Part shown: piece after piece, positions 57,660 to 64,000 of the stretch | How positions within the stretch are numbered: the first letter of the stretch is position 1 | How the letters are laid out: each line of letters opens with the position of its first letter | From: a virus | Lineage: Duplodnaviria > Caudoviricetes | Strand: one strand, 5' to 3' | Virus record (IMG/VR): IMGVR_UViG_2882253857_000001 | Coordinates: 8,239-72,238 of that record | DNA length: 64,000 bases | Notes under the pieces: generated by a model | Database searches by the model: none | What the model was told of the DNA's origin: nothing | Seen by the model: the letters and a program-made list of their open reading frames with translations, nothing else | Position numbers and translations under genes: made by a program

Positions 57660-59114
57660 TTATCTTATTAAAGCTTCATATTGTCGCCTAGGTAATAACT
57701 TTTTTAAATCTTTATTTGTGAAATAGAATGTCATACATAAATCGAAACTATTCAACTTATCCGTAGTAAATAAGTTATCACTTCGTTCTGAATTCGGAAC
57801 TAAGTCTTCAATACTTATTCTATATAAATTGGGCAACTTCTTAGCCAATCCACCTATTTTAGGAATTCTGTTCCGTTCAACAATCTCAATAACACCAAGT
57901 TTCTCCAGTTTATTGGCTTGTTGCTTAACTGCTTGGTCGTATAGTCCCGTTGCTTCCTGTATCATCGTATAAGGCATAAAAAACACACCTTTACCGTCTG
58001 CGTGGCGTTTACTATGTATTAACATTGCATATGTAATTAATTTCTGGTTCTTCTCTGGACACTTTTCAATAATCCATTTCATTTCATCGTATGAAACTGT
58101 TAAATCTCTGTTACTGGCTGCTAAATTATAATTTTTCTCATACATATTTTTAACTGTAGCGTCAATTTCTTTGTAACATTCATTAAGTGGAGTTGAATAT
58201 AAATTTGTATCCTGTCTCTCCATCCAGTTATATAATTCCAATTTACATTGTTCCTGATCAAATCCTTGATATTTTAAGTATAAACCAACCAAAAACATAG
58301 AATTATTACGGCTACCTTGCGCTTTTAGCCCGTTTAAAAACAAATTTTTTGCATGGTCAATTGAATAGTCCTCAGACTGATAATAACTAGGTAACGGTTT
58401 ATGTGAACTAATAGCATTTTCTAGTTTAGGAATTTCCCTTTTAGCATTTTTGATTTCTATTTCAGCGGCTCCAATTAAATCTATAATCAATGTTTTACTC
58501 GTTTTCTTGATAGTGAACAGATATTCTTCTGATTCATTTTTATCCATAACCGCTAATCCAGTTTCAATCAAACAGAATCCGCAATAATTACCCGTTTTCT
58601 GATGAATACCTAAAGGAATCTTCACACCTTGTTTATCTGTTGGACGAAATTCAACTTCTCCATCAATAAAATGTTGCCTTATATCAGCTTCATCTAAGAC
58701 AGAATCAAATAATTTTCTTGCGTGGGAAATTTGAATAGGTTCATCAGAAAATAATTCAATATGATATCCTTTGCCGCCACTAGAACTAATGTAATGATCA
58801 TGTAATCCTAAATTGTTTAAAGTGTTACATACTGCGTAAGTCATCCATTTGGCTAGTTCAGGATTATTTCCAAAATCAACATCAAAAGTTATGAACTTAG
58901 TAAAAACCTTACCTCCAAATGTGCCAATTGTATGTTTCCCATCTAGATGATTTTGATATTGCCAAGGTTGAATATACTTTGTCTTCCTGCCGTTTCTAAC
59001 TTCACCTTTTATGTATGTTCGGTATCCAATTGGTTCAGGATATTGGATTAAATAATGCCCCCATTGTATAAGATATAAGTCGTCTAGTTTTTCCTTGATT
59101 TTCGGTTTATCCAA
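57660..59114 (-). CDS. AEP primase-polymerase with PriCT-like and C-terminal wHTH regions
   Basis: FITFDVD, SSGGKGYHI, VKIPLG.H.KTG, GSRNN. Confidence 0.85.
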   Translation of the reverse strand: MDKPKIKEKLDDLYLIQWGHYLIQYPEPIGYRTYIKGEVRNGRKTKYIQPWQYQNHLDGKHTIGTFGGKVFTKFITFDVDFGNNPELAKWMTYAVCNTLNNLGLHDHYISSSGGKGYHIELFSDEPIQISHARKLFDSVLDEADIRQHFIDGEVEFRPTDKQGVKIPLGIHQKTGNYCGFCLIETGLAVMDKNESEEYLFTIKKTSKTLIIDLIGAAEIEIKNAKREIPKLENAISSHKPLPSYYQSEDYSIDHAKNLFLNGLKAQGSRNNSMFLVGLYLKYQGFDQEQCKLELYNWMERQDTNLYSTPLNECYKEIDATVKNMYEKNYNLAASNRDLTVSYDEMKWIIEKCPEKNQKLITYAMLIHSKRHADGKGVFFMPYTMIQEATGLYDQAVKQQANKLEKLGVIEIVERNRIPKIGGLAKKLPNLYRISIEDLVPNSERSDNLFTTDKLNSFDLCMTFYFTNKDLKKLLPRRQYEALIR

Positions 59115-59130
59115 TTAAGGTTTATCCTTC

Positions 59131-59301
59131 CTATTCATTTTTCTTGTATTCGTTTATTGCGCTTGTTAATTCTTGCGTTTGCAGAAATAAATGAAATATT
59201 CGGTTAGTTTTAATGTGTCTTGCTTTTGTGATGAAACTAATGTCCTTCGTGAACCGTAGATATTTTGCTAGTTGCTCATTGTAGCAGTAAAATAATCCCA
59301 C
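59131..59301 (-). CDS. DUF5659-like small protein (56 aa), not in ORF track
   Basis: MGLFYCYNEQLAKYLR...F..T.EL..AI.EY. Confidence 0.65.
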   Translation of the reverse strand: MGLFYCYNEQLAKYLRFTKDISFITKARHIKTNRIFHLFLQTQELTSAINEYKKNE

Positions 59302-59432
59302 TTTCCTATTCCCTCCATTTCCTGAAAAATCACCCTACACATTAAGTCTATTTTTCAACCTTCTGTTTGTAAGGAGAATGACACAAAAAAGGAACAAGCC
59401 CAATCGACCTGTTCCAGTGCTGTTTTATATGT

Positions 59433-60887
59433 GAGCGTTTTGCAGTAATCTGAGGCCTTGAGCCGTAAGGATTTTCGGACATAAAAAAGGGACTTCACCC
59501 CAACTTGGAGAAGTTTTCAAGTGACCAAACCCAAAAACCTCAAGGATGGAGGAAGTCACTTTGTATATTCTCCAAGAATGTCTGTTTTCCTTCGAAGAAC
59601 TTTTAAAAATTCAACCCAAGGAGAGATTGCCGATCTTCTTCAGTTCTCTCGATCTGAGACCGTATGCCAAGGAACTGAGAAGCCGTTCACCCCGAGGCGC
59701 TGAGGGATACTGCAGACAAGGTATTCTACGAGCACTCTTGGCTGCGCCGCTTGAAGGAATAAGTACCTTTTCAGGGTTGCATAAGCGTTTGGATACGGAT
59801 CTCCGGTTTCGTTATCAGTGTGGTCTTCCGCTGGATCGAGAAGCTCCTTCCATATCCACATTAAGCCGAGTTTTCTCAGAACTGACGAGAAAGGACTTGG
59901 CAAAACGGCTTTTTGAGGATTTGGTCACACGCTGTCAGCAGGAAGGTATCATAGAAGGCAGTAACGTCGCCATAGACAGCGCCGCTCTCCGCGCTTACGA
60001 GAAAAAGCAGCCCAAACGCAAAAGCGAGCAAACGGGTAATGCGAACTGGGGCGCAAAAATTGATTCCTTCGGCAATAAAATCACATGGTTTGGTTACAAA
60101 ATTCATCTGGCGGTCGATACGAAAAGTGAATTGCCGATCGCCTTGGAAGTAACGCCGGCGCATGTCAATGATGGAGAAATGGCGCCGGGCCTGATCGAGA
60201 AAACAGCGTCCAGGACGAGCACACGATTTTTCATACTCGATGCGGGCTACGACCAAATGAAAGTTTATGAGGCCGCCCGCAACGTCAAGGCACAAGCCAT
60301 CATTCCCCTTAATCTGCGGGGGGAGAAGGAACCGCCTGCTGGCATGACCTCGAACGGAACACCGTGCTGTTCCATGGGTTATGCGATGACATACTGGGGA
60401 GTTGACGGCGATATGCATAAATTTCGCTGCCCGCATGCCACGGGTAAAGTCGACTGTCCGCTTGGCATGGCTGCCTGCTCGTCTTCAAACTATGGAATGG
60501 TCGTCAAAGTAAATGCGAAGGATGATCTCCGGCGATACAGCATCCCTCATCGGGATACAAAGCGTTGGAAGGAACTTTACAATGAACGAACCAGCGTAGA
60601 ACGCTGCAACTCCCGATTGAAAACCTATTTGACGGCAGACGCCGCACATGTCCGGGGCATTCAGAAAGTCACAACTCACCAGTATTTGAATGCCATTGTT
60701 CTGCTTGCATCTGCGCTCGCCGTTTCTCATCATTCAAAACGGGCTGCCGCTTAAAAAACGAGCTGTTCTAAAATTCTGCAAGTCTGCCCTTTTCTTCACC
60801 CATATAATACCATTTTCGAAAATTACCCCTTAACGACAGTGAATATGCTATCGCTTCTTCTCTGAAACGGAATTATGCAAAACACTC
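59433..60887 (+). mobile_element. Insertion sequence (IS1182-like), 1455 bp
   Basis: Terminal IRs GAGCGTTTTGCA / TGCAAAACACTC; ATGT target duplication at 59429-59432 and 60888-60891. Confidence 0.9.
59561..60754 (+). CDS. DDE transposase
   Basis: PSISTLSR, AIDS, GYKIH, DAGYD, Y.ER..VER.NSRLK. Confidence 0.93.
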   Translation: MYILQECLFSFEELLKIQPKERLPIFFSSLDLRPYAKELRSRSPRGAEGYCRQGILRALLAAPLEGISTFSGLHKRLDTDLRFRYQCGLPLDREAPSISTLSRVFSELTRKDLAKRLFEDLVTRCQQEGIIEGSNVAIDSAALRAYEKKQPKRKSEQTGNANWGAKIDSFGNKITWFGYKIHLAVDTKSELPIALEVTPAHVNDGEMAPGLIEKTASRTSTRFFILDAGYDQMKVYEAARNVKAQAIIPLNLRGEKEPPAGMTSNGTPCCSMGYAMTYWGVDGDMHKFRCPHATGKVDCPLGMAACSSSNYGMVVKVNAKDDLRRYSIPHRDTKRWKELYNERTSVERCNSRLKTYLTADAAHVRGIQKVTTHQYLNAIVLLASALAVSHHSKRAAA

Positions 60888-60898
60888 ATGTAGTTTAG

Positions 60899-62224
60899 TT
60901 ATGTAAAATCGTAACCATTTGGAGCCGATACAGTTACCTTATTCGTACCAACAACATTTATATCTTTACCTTCGATAGTTACAGTACCATTATCATGGGC
61001 TTTAATAGTGATTCCCATATCATCTAACTTAACCTCACGAATTGCCCCTGTATTACTCCTGTGATATGTAATATTGAGATTATCTGGTTCTTTTTTGATA
61101 AAAGCTTTTGCAGACTCGGAAGTTTTACCGTCACCTCTGCCTAACTGCATTACTGGATAAGAGTCAACTCCCTGACCTTCGAGATAGAGTTTAAACTTTT
61201 CAACTGGTTCATATGTAAGATTATAAAATGGATATGATGTTGTCTCAGTGGTCAATTGTGATTTAGCAGCATCAACCCAATACAAAAGATTACCATTACC
61301 ATCCTTTGCGTGTTGACGGTCTGTAATCGTACCTGTAACGAGTTTAAAATAATTATCACGTGCGTAGACATAATCAACACTGTCACCAATAGAATCCGAT
61401 TTATCCAACGTTTTCAATGCATTAACAGTAAGGTTATTTATAAATCCATCTTCAGCAGTTAGCGTTCCTGCTTGAATAAATTGAGCGTCAAGGGCTCCAA
61501 CGCCAACTATATCCCAATTATTCATATAAAATTTTCGAGTTGTGGAATCCAATAAAGCGGTATTGTTTCCGTCTGTAACTTTAACCTTTTTAAATTTTGC
61601 TTGTCCAGACATATCGGCATGTGTTCTTAATTTGCGTAATTTCTTTTTGTCTTGAATCCTATACTCAAATTTGTTGATTTTAATATGATACTTGTCAGTT
61701 GCATCTAATTGATACAGTATACATTTTCCGCCTACTTTTTCATCAACAACATGGTTATAAGCTCCTAGTATGGCTTGGTGAGGGCGAACACTTAGCTTGA
61801 ATTGTTGATATATATAATCTATAGCGTCATCGCTATTTGCTCCTGCTGCCCCTAGATCATTATTTCTGATTATGTCTGGTAGAGTTTCAAAATTAAGCAA
61901 ATTGCTAATTGTGTACATGACATACCTACCATTGTTATCAACTGTTAGTACGTAAACGCCAATTTCACCTTTATATTTGTCATATGCGTCCTTGGTGATT
62001 TTTTTAATATCGGAAAGTTGCTGATTACTAAATTCAATTTCCTCAAAAATTTGCTCAACTGCTGGTAAGTATCCCATACCAAAAACAATCTTATCACCAA
62101 AGACTCTGGCTTTCTCGCAGTTGTCATGTATGTGATAACTAAGACCATTTTTTTCGGTGGATACTCTTGTATCACTGTAAATCCACGCTTTACCTTCATA
62201 TCCTAGATAAACGATCATGCTCAT
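60899..62224 (-). CDS. Ntn-hydrolase/proteasome-like N-domain fused to tail-spike-like C-domain
   Basis: MSMIV...SDTRVS...K...GAAGA...VGG; C-half beta-rich (IQAGTLTA, VTIEGKDINV). Confidence 0.5.
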   Translation of the reverse strand: MSMIVYLGYEGKAWIYSDTRVSTEKNGLSYHIHDNCEKARVFGDKIVFGMGYLPAVEQIFEEIEFSNQQLSDIKKITKDAYDKYKGEIGVYVLTVDNNGRYVMYTISNLLNFETLPDIIRNNDLGAAGANSDDAIDYIYQQFKLSVRPHQAILGAYNHVVDEKVGGKCILYQLDATDKYHIKINKFEYRIQDKKKLRKLRTHADMSGQAKFKKVKVTDGNNTALLDSTTRKFYMNNWDIVGVGALDAQFIQAGTLTAEDGFINNLTVNALKTLDKSDSIGDSVDYVYARDNYFKLVTGTITDRQHAKDGNGNLLYWVDAAKSQLTTETTSYPFYNLTYEPVEKFKLYLEGQGVDSYPVMQLGRGDGKTSESAKAFIKKEPDNLNITYHRSNTGAIREVKLDDMGITIKAHDNGTVTIEGKDINVVGTNKVTVSAPNGYDFT

Positions 62225-62406
62225 ATAGTCACCTTAAGATACTCAATTTGATCTGCTTTAAAACTAACAGGTTCCTTTGTGTCAAAGTTAAAATTTAACT
62301 CATATCCCTTAGATAATCCGTCAATTACTTGTTGTACCTGTTCGCTTGTGTACTCTGCCCATCCATTTGCCTGAGTTCCATCAGTAAATTTAAATGATAG
62401 TTTCAT
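62221..62406 (-). CDS. Hypothetical protein
   Basis: RBS AAGGAG; ATGA overlap. Confidence 0.7.
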   Translation of the reverse strand: MKLSFKFTDGTQANGWAEYTSEQVQQVIDGLSKGYELNFNFDTKEPVSFKADQIEYLKVTI

Positions 62407-62429
62407 TTTATTATTATCTCCTTTAATTT

Positions 62430-62618
62430 CTATTTTTTAGTATTATCATGTGTCAAAATATAATTACAGTAACTTGCATAATGATCACTTGTTAGTGTGT
62501 TTCTTCCGTTTTCGTGAGCGCAAACATATGAGATTGATCTATCAATATGCTTTGCAATTTCTGTTAGTGTGAGTTTTCTAGAAATGCGTTCAAGTCTCCA
62601 TTTAGTCCTATCGTCCAT
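62430..62618 (-). CDS. XRE-like HTH protein
   Basis: RISRKLTLTEIAKHI..S.SYV..HENG. Confidence 0.75.
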   Translation of the reverse strand: MDDRTKWRLERISRKLTLTEIAKHIDRSISYVCAHENGRNTLTSDHYASYCNYILTHDNTKK

Positions 62619-62696
62619 TATATAAACACTCCTTTAGTTCCAGTTCAAAATTGAAGATAAAAAAGAGAGTAGGAACCCCTACCCTCTGGTTATGTA

Positions 62697-63560
62697 TTAG
62701 GCAATTGCAAACGATGCGGCAGCTTTACTATTAAGTAGCTTCAATCCGAATTGAGTTTCTAAGTAAACTGATTGTTTAGAACCGCTAACTGGTTCTACTT
62801 GTCCGTGAAATGGAATCAAGATACCCAACTCTAAATATTCAGGATTAACTACAAACAGTTTATTTGTGATTTTCTCTGTTAATACGAACCGAACACGACC
62901 AAATGGGGAAACATACTCCTCCACATCAACACCTGCTAGGCTGTCTTTAGCAAAATACTGGAAGTTTTTGAAGTCATTAAGTTTAAGTTTCATTTGTGCT
63001 GGTAAATAGCAAAGCATATTATCACCGCTACCAGCGTTATACATCTTCTCGATAGTTTCAAGAAACTTTGTTTCCGTGAATGTTGCATTTGTCACCTGGT
63101 TAGCCGTATTAATTTGTTCGAGAATTCCATCTGTCTTATATGTTTTCGTTGCAGATTCAAACCCTTTAACCCCATTGATTAACCTGTCTTCAATAGCTAA
63201 CTTGATAGCCTTAGTTTTATTTGCAATATCCTTTGCCAAAAGATCACCAATACCAACCGCCGAACTGTGTTGTGCCGTATTTGATACTGCCGCAGTAACC
63301 CCAATCAATTCGCAAAAATTTGACATAGGTTCGAGTGAGTCATCAACACGGTCTGGTGCGTCTGCTGATTCTGCTAAAGTTACGGCTGCCGCCTCATTAA
63401 TAGCTTCTTCAATCCAATTCATAGTTGGTGACGTTGCTTTTACAGTCTTATTTAGTAAAAGTGTAGTAAAAGGGGTTTTAACTGGTGTTGTTTGGATGAG
63501 AACATCCTTCATATCAATGTTTTGACCTGGAACAAAATTATCAGTTGTAAAAGTATTCAT
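62697..63560 (-). CDS. Major capsid protein (DUF5309/SU10-like)
   Basis: P..TPF..++, W.EE, N..E+....VS.T, K..IE...ING, Y.SPFG.V. Confidence 0.8.
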   Translation of the reverse strand: MNTFTTDNFVPGQNIDMKDVLIQTTPVKTPFTTLLLNKTVKATSPTMNWIEEAINEAAAVTLAESADAPDRVDDSLEPMSNFCELIGVTAAVSNTAQHSSAVGIGDLLAKDIANKTKAIKLAIEDRLINGVKGFESATKTYKTDGILEQINTANQVTNATFTETKFLETIEKMYNAGSGDNMLCYLPAQMKLKLNDFKNFQYFAKDSLAGVDVEEYVSPFGRVRFVLTEKITNKLFVVNPEYLELGILIPFHGQVEPVSGSKQSVYLETQFGLKLLNSKAAASFAIA

Positions 63561-63586
63561 TATTTCAACATCTCCTAAAATTTGTA

Positions 63587-64000
63587 TTATTTAAACAAAG
63601 CCTTGATCATACCAAGAGTATCCCCTTTAGCTGCTGACCGTTCGTATGCACTCGTTTGTTTGTGATTATCTGGTACGAATGACTTATTTACTGTCCGTGC
63701 TTCCAAAACTGTAGAAAGGTTATCAATTTTACTTTGCATTTCACTTTCATCATCAGCACTAACATAGTCAATAAAGTCAATTAGGTTTGCCTTTTCCAAT
63801 GCAGACACAAGTCTTTGATGATTCAACTCAGCCTGTAGTTGTTTAATCATCTTTTCCTGTTCGCTTTCTTCTTTGGGCTGAAACTTGAGCAATTCATCCC
63901 GTTCAGCAATCACTGGGGCTAATTGTTCTGATTCCCAAGTCGCCTTTTCATCAGCAATAATTTGATTGATATGAGTTTGTTGTTCTTCTGTAAATTCCAT
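63587..64000 (-). CDS. Capsid scaffold protein
   Basis: Acidic coiled coil directly upstream of capsid; C-terminal YE....GDT.GMI. Confidence 0.65.
   Translation of the reverse strand: MEFTEEQQTHINQIIADEKATWESEQLAPVIAERDELLKFQPKEESEQEKMIKQLQAELNHQRLVSALEKANLIDFIDYVSADDESEMQSKIDNLSTVLEARTVNKSFVPDNHKQTSAYERSAAKGDTLGMIKALFK

Larger units (their letters stand above)
49193..64000. mobile_element. Second integrated element: candidate capsid-forming phage satellite (right end outside window)
   Basis: Integrase at tRNA 3' end, primase, terminase, portal, capsid, scaffold and neck genes; no tail tube or tape measure seen; more AT-rich. Confidence 0.75.

Noticed and set aside
444-63525. Many opposite-strand and nested ORFs in the track (e.g. 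444-815, 13869-14405, 59876-60436, 63076-63525)
   Set aside because: They shadow well-supported genes and have no recognisable motifs

Overview
The window holds two mobile elements joined at a tRNA-Val(GAC) 3' fragment (49146-49192). The gene content suggests a Paenibacillus-like Bacillota host (inference). (1) 1-49192 is most of a temperate long-tailed (siphovirus-type) prophage, almost entirely on the minus strand: tail, head and packaging, late activator, early accessory genes, replication/recombination, a cro/cI/ImmA switch and an integrase. Its lysis end lies beyond base 1. (2) About 49193-64000 is a visibly more AT-rich element with its own integrase, AEP primase, terminase, SPP1-type portal, capsid, scaffold and neck proteins but no visible tail tube or tape measure, so it is a candidate capsid-forming satellite. 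It carries a 1455-bp IS with a 4-bp target duplication. The strongest signals the ORF track does not explain are: a palindrome (TCAGGAAAATTTTCCTGA) spaced about every 10 kb across the prophage, one copy inside an orphan ParB gene; a pseudoknotted tRNA-like RNA at the head of the late transcript; a hammerhead-type RNA ending a divergently XRE-controlled small-gene cassette; and a probable +1 frameshift in the tail chaperone. All product calls come from motif recognition and gene order by eye, with no database searches.
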